A stretch of 64,000 nucleotides of DNA from Longimicrobiales bacterium (lineage in GTDB: Bacteria > Gemmatimonadota > Gemmatimonadetes > Longimicrobiales > Gaopeijiaceae). Under the pieces are notes generated by a model. It was not told the origin of the DNA. It did no database searches and was given only the letters and a program-made list of their open reading frames with translations. Positions within the stretch are counted from its first letter, which is position 1. Each line of letters begins with the position of its first letter. Positions 1 to 9,787 of this stretch are shown piece after piece. A program made the position numbers and the translations under genes. Location of the stretch: positions 1,408,001-1,472,000 of the forward strand of contig CBDFMQ010000002.1 in the NCBI GenBank assembly GCA_965249725.1. The letters are read 5' to 3'.

Positions 1-193
1 CGTCTGCGGTGGCGAACAACGTGTCATCCCGTCCGCGAGACACGTTGTGCCCAGGGTGGAAGGGAGTTCCGCGCTGGCGAATAATGATGCTGCCGGCGGT
101 AACCCGCTCCCCGCCGAATCGCTTTACGCCGAGCCGCTTCGAATTGCTGTCGCGGCCATTTCGGCTCGAGCCTACGCCTTTTTTGTGTGCCAT
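1..193 (-). CDS. rpmA: 50S ribosomal protein L27 (runs off the window start)
   Basis: Manual translation from ATG at 193: [51 protein letters not shown]; directly downstream of rplU; not in the ORF track. Confidence 0.97.
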   Translation of the reverse strand, partial: MAHKKGVGSSRNGRDSNSKRLGVKRFGGERVTAGSIIIRQRGTPFHPGHNVSRGRDDTLFATAD

Positions 194-219
194 GCGATGC
201 CCCTCGGAGTCTCACCCCG

Positions 220-287
220 GATGTCGGTGCGCCTAGCGCTCCGATGTTGGTGCGCCTAGCGCTCCGATGTTGGTGCGCCTAAAGCTT
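220..287. repeat. 23-bp tandem repeat (GATGTYGGTGCGCCTAGCGCTCC), ~3 copies, overlapping the rplU stop
   Basis: Units at 220-242, 243-265 and a partial at 266-287; each contains CTA (TAG on the minus strand). Confidence 0.9.
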
Positions 288-590
288 GATGTCGGCGATC
301 CGAATCTCGGTGAACTTCTGACGGTGTCCCTGCTTCTTGCGGTAGCCCTTCCTGCGCTTCCGCTTGAACACGATGATCTTCTTGTCCTTGCCGTGACGGA
401 GCACTTCGGCCGTCACCTTGGCTCCACTTACGGTGGGCTGCCCGACCGACACCGCTGAACCGTCCGAGGCGAGCAGCACGTCGTCGAACGAGACTGTGCT
501 ACCCTCGTCCGCCTCCAGAGACGGAATCCTGAGCTTTACGCCCGGTTCCGCCCGGAACTGCTTACCACCTGTTTGAAAAACCGCGTACAT
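279..590 (-). CDS. rplU: 50S ribosomal protein L21
   Basis: MYAVFQTGGKQFRAEPG...KKIIVFKRKRRKGYRKKQGHRQKFTEIRI; ATG at 590. Confidence 0.97.
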   Translation of the reverse strand: MYAVFQTGGKQFRAEPGVKLRIPSLEADEGSTVSFDDVLLASDGSAVSVGQPTVSGAKVTAEVLRHGKDKKIIVFKRKRRKGYRKKQGHRQKFTEIRIADIKL

Positions 591-677
591 GCTATGCCTC
601 GATGGCGGTGCAATCTCTTCCAATTGAGCCTGAAAATTTCACGAAAAGCCAGGGGCTGGTCAAGACGTATCAGGGAC

Positions 678-2201
678 TCAGGCCGCCGCGTACCGAGACG
701 TCACATCCGTTTCGGCGGCACCCGACAGGATTCGGAACTCGTCTTCCCTGAGCAACGGGTCGTCCCGCATGTCCAGAGACAGCTGTGTGTGGCGCCGCAG
801 TCTCCGCAGGAAGTCGGGCTCGTCCTCCAGAATCCGTAGCGTCACCTCAGGATGCATCCGAATCATGATCTTCCGCTCGTCACCCTTGGCCGTGACCCTC
901 GAAAGGCTCCTCTCGATCTGCCGGACGACGGTAGCCGGCGTGTAGACACGCCCCCCACCGTCGCAATGATCACAGGTCTTGGTCAGAGAGTTGAAGAGCG
1001 ACGGTCGCACCCGTTGCCGCGTCATCTCCACCAACCCCAAGCCCGAGACCTCGAACGCCTTGGTGCGAGCCCGATCACGGCTCAGGTGGGTCCTGAGCTC
1101 GTGCAGCACACGATCGCGGTTCTTCTGGGACTCCATGTCGATGAAGTCGCACACGATAATGCCCCCGATATCTCTCAGGCGAAGCTGACGCGCGATTTCA
1201 CCCGCCGCGTCGACATTGGTCTTGAGAATGGTGGCCTCAGCGTCCTTCTTTCCCTTGTAACGCCCCGTGTTTACGTCGATCGATACGAGCGCTTCGGTGG
1301 GCTCGATGATTATGTACCCGCCCGAAGGCAGGGTCACCCTCTTCTGAAAGGCGCCCTGGATGCCCTCTTCGACCCCGTGTTTGTCGAAAAGCGCCACCGA
1401 ATCCGAATAGAGCTTCACTCGGTCCTTGAGGTCCGGCGCCACGTTCTTCACGTACTGCAGGATCTCGTTGTAGACCGCCTTGTTATCGACTGTGATCGAC
1501 TCGAAGCGGTTGCTGAAGAGATCTCGAATCACACCACTGATCAGCTTCGCTTCGCGGTGTAGGAGCGCCGGGGCCTTTGCGCCCTCCTTCTTTTTCAAGA
1601 TCTTCTTCCAGATCGCGCTGAGGCGCTTGAACTCCTTCGCGAACGTGTCCTCGTTGAGCTCCTCACTCACCGTTCGGACGATGATCCCCCCGCTCTTCTT
1701 GGGAAGGATGCTCTTGGCGAGCTTGCGCAGCCTGGAGCGTTCGTCTCGATCCTCGATCTTCCGGCTGACGCCCACGTGGGACGAACCGGGCATATAGACG
1801 AGGAATCGACCCGGGAGTGAGATCTGGGCCGTCAGGCGAGGACCCTTGGTGCTGATGGGCTCCTTGGTGACCTGTACGACCACCTTCTGGCCCTTCTTGA
1901 TCAGGTCCTGAATAGGGGGAAAGGTCTTCGGGCGACGCCGCCTCCCTCCCCCACCGTTGTCGTCTTCCTCTTCACCCGTCTCGAGATCCGAAACGTGGAG
2001 GAATCCGGCCTTGTCGGTTCCTATGTCGACAAAGGCCGCTTGAATGCCGGGCAAGACCGCTTCGACCTTGCCCAGATAGATGTCACCGAGCAAACGCCCT
2101 TGATCGGGCCGGTCGAATAGGATCTCGACCAACTGCTCGTCTTCCATGAGCGCCACCCACGATTCGTGGGCAGACGCACTCACGAGGATTTCTCTCCTCA
2201 A
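678..2201 (-). CDS. Rne/Rng family ribonuclease (RNase G-sized)
   Basis: S1 domain (GDIYLGKVEAVLPGIQAAFVDIG), IDVNTG, GGIIVCDFIDM, Zn-link CDHCDGGG. Confidence 0.95.
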   Translation of the reverse strand: MRREILVSASAHESWVALMEDEQLVEILFDRPDQGRLLGDIYLGKVEAVLPGIQAAFVDIGTDKAGFLHVSDLETGEEEDDNGGGGRRRRPKTFPPIQDLIKKGQKVVVQVTKEPISTKGPRLTAQISLPGRFLVYMPGSSHVGVSRKIEDRDERSRLRKLAKSILPKKSGGIIVRTVSEELNEDTFAKEFKRLSAIWKKILKKKEGAKAPALLHREAKLISGVIRDLFSNRFESITVDNKAVYNEILQYVKNVAPDLKDRVKLYSDSVALFDKHGVEEGIQGAFQKRVTLPSGGYIIIEPTEALVSIDVNTGRYKGKKDAEATILKTNVDAAGEIARQLRLRDIGGIIVCDFIDMESQKNRDRVLHELRTHLSRDRARTKAFEVSGLGLVEMTRQRVRPSLFNSLTKTCDHCDGGGRVYTPATVVRQIERSLSRVTAKGDERKIMIRMHPEVTLRILEDEPDFLRRLRRHTQLSLDMRDDPLLREDEFRILSGAAETDVTSRYAAA

Positions 2202-2392
2202 TGTACTTTTCTCCTTAGTCGGCCACTCGTAGCCAATCTCGCCGGTGCGCCCATATCACCCCGGTCTCGTCCCTCCCACGCATTGGGGAGGAGCGAAGCC
2301 CGCCATGGCATGGGCCCGTTTAGCGCGCTTCCGCGCACCCCGCACGCATAAAGCGCGCGGCTGGCGAGCCAGCGGCCCGAGTCGCTTCCTTG

Positions 2393-3631
2393 TTATACCA
2401 GCGCCGATCCGCCGAACGTCTCCTTGAGGAGTTGTCGACCGATCACCAAACGCTGGATCTCGTTGGTTCCCTCACCGATCTCGCAAACCTTGGCGTCGCG
2501 CATCATGCGCTCCGCCGGGTAGTCGGCGGTGTATCCCGCCCCACCCATGATCTGGACCGCATCCCGGGTGGCTCGCATGGCAAGCTCTGAACAGAAGAGC
2601 TTGGCCATGGCGGCCTCCTTCGTGAACGGCTGGCCCAGGTCCTTCAGCCAGGCTGCGTGGTACGTGAGGTGCTTACCTGCTTGAATGTCTGTGGCGATGT
2701 CCGCCAACTGGAACTGAATATTCTGAAAATCCCAGATCTTCTTTCCGAACTGCTCGCGCTCGTTCGCATACCGGATCGCCGTGTCGAACGCCCCCTCGGC
2801 CAATCCCAGAGAGAGGGCCGCAATGCCGATCCGACCGGCGTCGAGGGTCTTCATGAAGTTCACGAAGCCCTCTCCCTCCACTCCCAAACGATCCTCTTCG
2901 GGGACGAGCGCCTCTTCCAGGATCAACTCCCGGGTATCGGAAGCTCGCCACCCCATCTTGTCCTCTTTCTTGCCCGCCCGCACCCCCTCGAGGAACGGAA
3001 GCCCGTCATCGTGTCCGAAGCCGAGCGATCGTGCCCGCTCAAGATCCACCGTCGGCTTACACACGATGAAGCTCGAAATCCCTTGAGATCCCCGATCCGG
3101 ATCGGTCACCGCGGTGATCGTGAAGATCTCACCCACCCCCGCGTGCGTGATGAAGATCTTCGATCCGCTTACTCGGTATCCCCCGTTCTCCCGCAGGGCC
3201 CGAGTGCGCGTTCCCCCGGCGTCGGATCCGGCGCCCGGTTCGGTCAGCCCGAAGCCTCCAAGGACCTTCCCGCTGGCCAGAGGCGGAACGTACTTCTCCC
3301 GTTGAGCGTCAGTGCCGAATTGCAGAATGGGAGAGGTGCCCAGCGTCGTGTGGGCGGAGACCGTGATGGCGTGGCTCGCATCGACCTTGGCGAGCTCCTC
3401 AACCACCAGAATGTAACTCAAATAGTCGCGGCCCATACCCCCGAGCTCTTCAGGGACGGGAACTCCGAGCAGCCCCATCTCCCCCATCGCCTTGACACTA
3501 TCCCACGGGAACTCGGCCGATTCGTCCGCTTCCCGGGCGTTGGGTTCGATGTACTCACGGGCGAAAGCCCGGACCTCTTCAACGAGGCCGCTGTGCTCTT
3601 CTGACAGATATCTATGCATACGGTCTTTCAC
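2393..3631 (-). CDS. Acyl-CoA dehydrogenase (short/branched chain)
   Basis: FGLTEPGAGSD, GSKIFIT, REQFGK, QIMGGAGY, IGEGTNEIQR motifs. Confidence 0.93.
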   Translation of the reverse strand: MKDRMHRYLSEEHSGLVEEVRAFAREYIEPNAREADESAEFPWDSVKAMGEMGLLGVPVPEELGGMGRDYLSYILVVEELAKVDASHAITVSAHTTLGTSPILQFGTDAQREKYVPPLASGKVLGGFGLTEPGAGSDAGGTRTRALRENGGYRVSGSKIFITHAGVGEIFTITAVTDPDRGSQGISSFIVCKPTVDLERARSLGFGHDDGLPFLEGVRAGKKEDKMGWRASDTRELILEEALVPEEDRLGVEGEGFVNFMKTLDAGRIGIAALSLGLAEGAFDTAIRYANEREQFGKKIWDFQNIQFQLADIATDIQAGKHLTYHAAWLKDLGQPFTKEAAMAKLFCSELAMRATRDAVQIMGGAGYTADYPAERMMRDAKVCEIGEGTNEIQRLVIGRQLLKETFGGSALV

Positions 3632-3636
3632 CTACC

Positions 3637-3670
3637 AAGATTCACACGAAGATTCACACGAAGATTCACA
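3637..3670. repeat. 12-bp tandem repeat AAGATTCACACG x~3 overlapping the recQ stop
   Basis: Units at 3637-3648, 3649-3660, 3661-3670; each contains TCA (TGA on the minus strand). Confidence 0.9.
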
Positions 3671-5192
3671 TCCGCCCCCGTCGACGCTCGGCGTCACACA
3701 CGTCACAGCCCCGGCAGGCCCGTGTCTCATCCCCGAAATAGTCGAGGAGCACGGCTCTCCGGCACCGGCCCGATTCGGCGTACCCGCGTACGGCCGCAAG
3801 GCCACGCAACGCCGCTTTCCGCAGCCGCAGAGGACCGGACCAGTCTGGGTCCGATGAGCACACGGCGACGTCCAGACGATCACGCCTGGAGTCACTTCCC
3901 GCCGGGGGTCTCGGTCTGCTGTTACCCGACAGAGCCGATTCCGAGCCCTGCCGCCCGGGCCCGTGATAGACACGGACCGATCCGAGTCGGTGGAGCGCCT
4001 CAAGCGTCGCGAGGAACTCCTCTCCGGTGCAGCCTACGTGCGTGGCCGCCCGATCGACGTCCAACCAACCGCGCGCACCGAGGCCCACCAGCCTCGCGAC
4101 GATCCGCCGGACCTTCTTGAGCACCCGGACCGGGGGCCTCGACCGGTCGATGAAGGAACGGTACAGCCGGTGGTCGTGCCGACCATGCAGGACCACACAC
4201 CGTGCCGGAGCGCCGTCCCGCCCGGCCCGCCCGGCTTCCTGGTAGTAGGACTCCAGGGTACCCGGCAGCTGATAGTGGATCACCAAACGTACGTCGCTCT
4301 TGTCCACTCCCATGCCGAACGCGTTGGTGGCTACGACCACGCGGGTCCTGCCCGTCAGGAAGTTCTCCTGGGCCCGGCTGCGTGGTCCGGGTTCCATGCC
4401 CGCATGATACGCGGTCACCGCAACGCCGAGCCGCGAAATATCGGTGCGTATGGCCTCTGCCACTCGCCGGGTCCCCGCATAAACGACAACGGCGCCTAAT
4501 TCGTCCCGCACCATCTTCCGGAGGCATCGCGCCTTGGAGCGGTGATCCTCGGCTCGTCGGACGTGCCACGACAGATTGGGCCGATCGAACGACCCGACGA
4601 CACGAACCGGGCTCACCAGGCCGAGCACCGAAATGATGTCCTCGCGCACCTCGCGGGTTGCCGTGGCGGTGAGCGCCATAATGGGGGCCGGCAGAAGCTG
4701 CCGAAGAAGGCCGATGCGCCGGTAGGAAGGCCGGAAGTCGTGGCCCCACTCGGATATACAGTGGGCCTCGTCGACGGCCACCAGCGACACGCGGATCTTC
4801 TCGAGAGCCTCGGTGAAGCCGGCGCTCTCGAGTCGCTCCGGGGCGACGAAGAGGAGCTTCAACACCCCTTGTACGGCGCGGCGCAGGACGGCCCGCCGCT
4901 CTTCGCCCGAGAGCCCGCTCGTGAGCAATGCCGCGGGGATTCCGGCTTGCAGAGCCCTGCTCACCTGGTCTTCCATCAGGGAGACGAGAGGGCTCAGCAC
5001 CAAGGTGAGGCCAGGCCGAGCGAGCGCCGGAACTTGATAGCACAGGCTCTTGCCGCCTCCCGTGGGGAGCACGCCCAATGCGTCGCGCCCCGCCATGCCC
5101 GCTGCTACCAGGCTCTCCTGGCCCGGGCGGAAGGCCGGGAAACCGAAGTGTCTCTCGAGAAGACGATGCGCCAAGCCGTGGTCCGCAGACAT
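3666..5192 (-). CDS. recQ: RecQ family ATP-dependent DNA helicase (short form, no evident HRDC)
   Basis: PTGGGKSLCYQ, DEAHCISEWGHDFRPSY, QEAGRAGRDG, C-terminal CRR...YFG...CRGCDVC. Confidence 0.93.
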   Translation of the reverse strand: MSADHGLAHRLLERHFGFPAFRPGQESLVAAGMAGRDALGVLPTGGGKSLCYQVPALARPGLTLVLSPLVSLMEDQVSRALQAGIPAALLTSGLSGEERRAVLRRAVQGVLKLLFVAPERLESAGFTEALEKIRVSLVAVDEAHCISEWGHDFRPSYRRIGLLRQLLPAPIMALTATATREVREDIISVLGLVSPVRVVGSFDRPNLSWHVRRAEDHRSKARCLRKMVRDELGAVVVYAGTRRVAEAIRTDISRLGVAVTAYHAGMEPGPRSRAQENFLTGRTRVVVATNAFGMGVDKSDVRLVIHYQLPGTLESYYQEAGRAGRDGAPARCVVLHGRHDHRLYRSFIDRSRPPVRVLKKVRRIVARLVGLGARGWLDVDRAATHVGCTGEEFLATLEALHRLGSVRVYHGPGRQGSESALSGNSRPRPPAGSDSRRDRLDVAVCSSDPDWSGPLRLRKAALRGLAAVRGYAESGRCRRAVLLDYFGDETRACRGCDVCDAERRRGRM

Positions 5193-5233
5193 GCCGGACC
5201 CTGGCGGCGAGCGTCGGGCACCTCAATGGCCGG

Positions 5234-5488
5234 TCAGGCCCCCCCGTCGATCTCCCCGTCGATCTCCCCGTCGATCTCCCCGCCGATCTCCTCAGCCCGT
5301 GCGCCCCCCACCGACGTGAATCGCAGTGCCACGCCGGCGAGCAACACGACGAGAGCAGTAGTCACGAGCCAGGACGCTTCGAGAAAGATGCCTGCCAGAC
5401 CGAGCACCGCCCCGACCCCGAAGAGGCGGACCCGCCATTCGAGCAACCGCAGAGCTCGCGGTTCCGGCACATCGTGAGAAGGACCCAA
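5234..5488 (-). CDS. Small membrane protein (2 TM) with acidic GEID repeat tail
   Basis: Two hydrophobic stretches; fills the gap between hydratase and recQ on the same strand; tail EEIGGEIDGEIDGEIDGGA. Confidence 0.7.
   Translation of the reverse strand: MGPSHDVPEPRALRLLEWRVRLFGVGAVLGLAGIFLEASWLVTTALVVLLAGVALRFTSVGGARAEEIGGEIDGEIDGEIDGGA
5242..5289. repeat. 12-bp tandem repeat CCCCGYCGATCT x4
   Basis: Units start at 5242, 5254, 5266, 5278; encodes the last codons before the stop. Confidence 0.9.
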
Positions 5489-5491
5489 GCC

Positions 5492-6262
5492 TCAGCCCTG
5501 GGACCGATCCAGGAACCGACGGACACCCTCCCGACACGCGTCGGTACGGCGGGCGATGGCATTGACCTCTGCCCCCCGCCGGATGGCTTCATCGAAGCCC
5601 CCGCCGTCCAGTTCATAGAGGAGGGCCTTGGAAAGCTCCAACGCGGAGGCCGGCTTCGCGGCGAGCTTCTCGAGCAAACGCGATGTACCGGTCTCGAAAT
5701 CGTCCTCGGCGAACACCCGGTTCGCCAGGCCGATCCGCTCGGCCCGTTCCGCGGACACCCGTTCCCCGGTCATCACGAGGTCGAAAGCCACCGATTCCGT
5801 GACCTTTCGCCTCAGAATCGCCATGACCATGGCCGGTACGAAGCCGATATCGACCTCCGGGTACCCGAACTCCGCATCCGCGGCGGCCAAGACCAGGTCG
5901 CACGCTGTGGCCAACCCACAACCACCGGCGAGGGCTCGTCCATGAACGACCGCGACGATCGGCTTCGGATGACTTCGCATCTGGATGAAGAGGTTACCCA
6001 GAGACATGGCGTCGGCCACACTCTCTTCGTGGCCCAGGTCCGTGACCCGCTCCAGCTCGGCCAGATCCGCCCCGGCACAGAAGTCCTTTCCCGCACCCGA
6101 GATGGCGATGACACGGATAGAGGTATCGCCGGCCGCACTCTCGAGGGCGTGCACCAGGGCCGCGATGAGGTCGCCGCTCAATGCGTTGCGCTTGTCGGGG
6201 CGATTGAGCGTGAGCCGGCAGACGCCAGCGGAGACGGTCACTTCCAGGACCGGAGACGTCAT
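5492..6262 (-). CDS. Enoyl-CoA hydratase/isomerase (LiuC/AtuE-like)
   Basis: LTLNRPDKRNAL, FCAGADL, ALAGGCGL, YPEVDIG; ATG at 6262 overlaps the upstream stop (ATGA). Confidence 0.9.
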   Translation of the reverse strand: MTSPVLEVTVSAGVCRLTLNRPDKRNALSGDLIAALVHALESAAGDTSIRVIAISGAGKDFCAGADLAELERVTDLGHEESVADAMSLGNLFIQMRSHPKPIVAVVHGRALAGGCGLATACDLVLAAADAEFGYPEVDIGFVPAMVMAILRRKVTESVAFDLVMTGERVSAERAERIGLANRVFAEDDFETGTSRLLEKLAAKPASALELSKALLYELDGGGFDEAIRRGAEVNAIARRTDACREGVRRFLDRSQG

Positions 6263-6642
6263 GCAGGACCTACCTCCAGATCGGCAGGCACTCGGCCACG
6301 ACCCCGCACGGCGTCCGCCACCTCGGCGGGCACATCCACCTCGAGGCGAAGCAGAGCCGTGCTGAATACCTTGCCCTGGGCATCGTTCATGAGTGACATG
6401 GTGCCTCCCCCATCGAGCGCATTGTGTAGCAAGAAGTTCAGTGCGCACAGGTTGGGCAACTCGAACCGCTCCACCGGCCCGCGCACCATCTCACCGAAGT
6501 GCTCCTTCACGCGCTCGACCGTCAGAACCTCCGCGAGGAGTTCGTAATGATCCGGATCGTATGCGATCACACCCACATTGGCCGTATCGCCCTTGTCCCC
6601 GGAACGTGCATGAGCGAGATCGACCAGCTGAATCTTTGCCAT
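6259..6642 (-). CDS. AtuA-related small protein (stand-alone AtuA C-terminal-like domain)
   Basis: AHARSGDKGDTANVGVIA...VERFELPNL...ALDGGG...DAQGK; ATG at 6642. Confidence 0.85.
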   Translation of the reverse strand: MAKIQLVDLAHARSGDKGDTANVGVIAYDPDHYELLAEVLTVERVKEHFGEMVRGPVERFELPNLCALNFLLHNALDGGGTMSLMNDAQGKVFSTALLRLEVDVPAEVADAVRGRGRVPADLEVGPA

Positions 6643-6701
6643 GCTACCCCCCACCTCGGGAGCCGTCCCGTCGTCGGGCACCGCATGCGAGTCCGAACCC
6701 A

Positions 6702-8078
6702 CTAGACATCGAAGACCTCCACGGTCAGGTGAGGCTTCACCGCATCCTTGGCGATCAGGGCCGGCCAATACGCCATGATCTCTTGGACACGGGGTCTGCC
6801 CCCTGCGAACCCCGTGACGGAAGGCGGTCCGGTGAGGACCAGAGGGGCGATCTCACGTGTGAAGCGCTCGACGGCACTACGGTCCCGACTCCTCACACCG
6901 ATCCGCAACTGGACCTCCGGAAGATCGGCAGGAGGCGGGCCCGTGAGAGGGCCGTGCGTGGAATCCCACCCCACCAATTCCGTGCGCATGTCCAGATCGA
7001 GGCCCAGACGGTCCAGCCGCTCCCGGAGCACGCGGTCGGCCGATCGGGCCTTTGCCGCAGCATCCGGCCAAGCATACGTAAGGGTCCCCACGGCCTTGAA
7101 GCCGTCCGAGTAAGCGATGGACACCTTCATGAACTCCGTAGCCTCCTTGCCCCGGATCCCTTTGATGCGGACCCGGTCGCCCCCCTCATCCTCCAGCTCT
7201 ATGGTCGTGAAGTCCGCCACCACGTCGGGAGTGATATACGTCCGGGGATCTCCCATCTCGTAGACGATCTGTTCGGTGACCGTGCCCCGGGTCACGCGGC
7301 CTCCGGATCCCTCATGCTTGGTCACGACGAACGTGCCGTCCGCGGCAGCCTCGATGATGGGAAAGCCCACCTCGGCCAGATTCGGGACGGACCACCAGTC
7401 GATCAGGCAGTTCCCACCAGTGCTCTGAGCACCGCATTCGTTGATATGCCCCGCCACCACTCCGGCTGCGAGGCGATCCCAGTCGTCCAAGGCCCAACCG
7501 AACTCATGGATCATGGGACCATAGGTCAGGGCCGTGTCGGTCGAGCGCCCCGTAACGACTACGTCGGCGCCAAGTGCGAGAGCGTCGATGATCGGTCGGG
7601 CGCCCATGTAGACGTTGGCGCTCTGCACCCGATCCCGAATGGCAGAGAGGGGCTCGTCCGTCTCCATGTTCCGAAGGTCGTGACCGTCGGCGAGGAGGTC
7701 GTCCAGTCGGTCCATGAGGTCGTCGCCTATCACCATGCCTATGGTGCCTTTGCCCCCAACACCGGCGGTTCGGCCCGTCTCGACCAGGGCCTCGGCACAT
7801 CCTCTCGGATTCACGCCGCCCGCATTGGTGACCACGGTGACCCCGCGCTCGATACACGCCGGGAAGATCCGGCCCATCAGAGGCACGAAGTCCCGCGCGT
7901 ACCCTGCAGACGGATCCCTGATGCGCTGCTTCTGCATGATGGACATGGTGACCTCGGCCAGGTAGTCCATCATGAGATAGTCGATGTCCCCACCCTCTAC
8001 CTGGCGAACGGGGGCCTCGGGATCGTCTCCCCAAAACCCCTGCCCCGAGGCGATGCGTACGATGTCCCCTTCAGCCAT
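6702..8078 (-). CDS. Acyclic terpene utilization AtuA family protein (DUF1446)
   Basis: RIASGQGFWGD, DYLAEVTM, TNAGGVNP, ANVYMGA, GHINECGAQSTGGN. Confidence 0.9.
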   Translation of the reverse strand: MAEGDIVRIASGQGFWGDDPEAPVRQVEGGDIDYLMMDYLAEVTMSIMQKQRIRDPSAGYARDFVPLMGRIFPACIERGVTVVTNAGGVNPRGCAEALVETGRTAGVGGKGTIGMVIGDDLMDRLDDLLADGHDLRNMETDEPLSAIRDRVQSANVYMGARPIIDALALGADVVVTGRSTDTALTYGPMIHEFGWALDDWDRLAAGVVAGHINECGAQSTGGNCLIDWWSVPNLAEVGFPIIEAAADGTFVVTKHEGSGGRVTRGTVTEQIVYEMGDPRTYITPDVVADFTTIELEDEGGDRVRIKGIRGKEATEFMKVSIAYSDGFKAVGTLTYAWPDAAAKARSADRVLRERLDRLGLDLDMRTELVGWDSTHGPLTGPPPADLPEVQLRIGVRSRDRSAVERFTREIAPLVLTGPPSVTGFAGGRPRVQEIMAYWPALIAKDAVKPHLTVEVFDV

Positions 8079-9786
8079 GGTCCGGCCCTTCGGCCTCTGC
8101 CACCTTGGAGGAAGACGACTCAGAGGGCTCCAAGTCGAGCTGGAAGGGGCCGAGGTGGGGCCCGGAGTTGTTCAGGGCGGCCTTCAGCAGGTGGACGAGT
8201 GCCGGCCGAAGCTCCTCGGGCAGAACGATCTCGTCGACGAAGCCTCGTGCCGCCGCAAAGCGGGCATCGAGCTGTCGATCGTAGTCCTCGCGCACCTCAT
8301 CCATGCGGGTGGTCAAGTCCTCGTCGGGCACCTCGCCCTTGGCCTTCAACTCCTCGAGCTGCCGGCTGAAGAGAGCCATCACGGCGCTGTCCCCCTCCAT
8401 TACGCCCATGCGGCCAGTCGGCAGGGACACGATGAAGTCCGGATCGAATCCCTGACCCGCCATGGCATAGTAGCCCGCGCCCGACGCGTGGTTGACCGTG
8501 AGCACGAGCTTGGGCACCGTGGCCGTCGCCATCGCCTCGACGAAGCGTGCCCCCGCTCGGATGATCCCCGAGTGCTCGGCTTCCGGGCCTACCATGAACC
8601 CGGACACATCCTGCACGAATAGGATGGGAGTCCGGTGGCGGTTCATGGTCTCGATGAAGTACGCCACCTTCTCCGCGCTCTCTGTATAGACGATCCCACC
8701 GAACCTGGGTGGGCCCGGCCGGTCATCCTGGATCATGCTCCTGGCGTTGGCGATGACGCCGATGGGCGTGCCTCCGAGGAACCCGGTTCCGCAGATCATC
8801 TCCGCCGCGTATTCGGGCTGGAACTCGTCGAGGCCTTCTCCGTCCACAATGCACTCCAACACATGTCGCATCTCGTACGGTTGGCGGTGATCCGGAGGAA
8901 GCAGGTCGTACAAGTCGGCGGCTGCCCGGATAGGTACCGTACCGGCTCCGGCCTCTGTACGCACAAGAACTTCGCCGGGCAGCTCGTAGATCAGCCGGCG
9001 GAGCTTCGCGAGACACGCTTCGTCGTCCGGCACCATGTAATGAGCGACGCCGCTCACCTCGGTATGTACGCGTGCACCGCCCAGCTCCTCGGAGCCGACG
9101 GTCTGGCCCGTGGCACCCTTTACCAGGTTCGGCCCTCCGAGACCCATGAAGCTCGTGCCGTCCACCATGAGAATCACGTCGGAAAGGGCCGGCAGATAGG
9201 CACCCCCGGCAATGCATGGGCCCATGACCGCCGCCAGCTGAGGAATGCCCAGATAACGACGCATGATGGAGTTGTAGTAGAAGAGACGGGCCGCCCCGTA
9301 CTGGCCGGGGAACACCCCGCCCTGGTAGGGCAGATTGACCCCTGCGGAGTCCACCAGATACACGATCGGGATGCGGCAACGCATGGCGATCTCCTGGGCC
9401 CGGAGCATCTTCTTGATGGTCTCGGGCCACCACGATCCCGCCTTCACTGTAGCGTCGTTCGCCACCACCACGACCTCGCGCCCCTCGACGACGCCCACTC
9501 CGGTGACGACACCGGCACCCGGAGCACCACCATCATACTGGTCGTGGGCGACAAGCAGGCCGATCTCGACCCACGTGCTCCCTTCGTCCAAGAGGAGCTG
9601 GACCCTTTCACGGGCCGTCAGCTTGCCCTGGGCGTGCTGTCGCTCGATGCGGTCCGCACCACCCCCCAGAACAAGCACAGAGCGGAGTGTCTCCAACTCT
9701 TTCGTCAACTCGGCGAGACGCCCCTGACCTGCCTGGCCCGGGGCAAGCCGAGGATCTTGGCCGGCGGAGTCCCCGGTCGGGCTCAC
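8071..9786 (-). CDS. Acyl-CoA carboxylase carboxyltransferase subunit (LiuB/AtuC-like)
   Basis: GKLTARERV, ANDATVKAG, LVDSAG, CIAGGAY, QDVSGFMVG; probable GTG start at 9786. Confidence 0.9.
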   Translation of the reverse strand: MSPTGDSAGQDPRLAPGQAGQGRLAELTKELETLRSVLVLGGGADRIERQHAQGKLTARERVQLLLDEGSTWVEIGLLVAHDQYDGGAPGAGVVTGVGVVEGREVVVVANDATVKAGSWWPETIKKMLRAQEIAMRCRIPIVYLVDSAGVNLPYQGGVFPGQYGAARLFYYNSIMRRYLGIPQLAAVMGPCIAGGAYLPALSDVILMVDGTSFMGLGGPNLVKGATGQTVGSEELGGARVHTEVSGVAHYMVPDDEACLAKLRRLIYELPGEVLVRTEAGAGTVPIRAAADLYDLLPPDHRQPYEMRHVLECIVDGEGLDEFQPEYAAEMICGTGFLGGTPIGVIANARSMIQDDRPGPPRFGGIVYTESAEKVAYFIETMNRHRTPILFVQDVSGFMVGPEAEHSGIIRAGARFVEAMATATVPKLVLTVNHASGAGYYAMAGQGFDPDFIVSLPTGRMGVMEGDSAVMALFSRQLEELKAKGEVPDEDLTTRMDEVREDYDRQLDARFAAARGFVDEIVLPEELRPALVHLLKAALNNSGPHLGPFQLDLEPSESSSSKVAEAEGPDHG

Positions 9787-9787
9787 G

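Noticed and set aside
24..215. 63-aa ORF from the track
   Set aside because: Wrong frame of rpmA
6393..8369. 658-aa + strand ORF (and similar long ORFs 5078-6547, 8635-9918, 11169-12437, 21090-22304, 58232-59695, 59830-60918)
   Set aside because: Antisense shadows of well-supported genes, expected in high-GC DNA; no recognisable motifs
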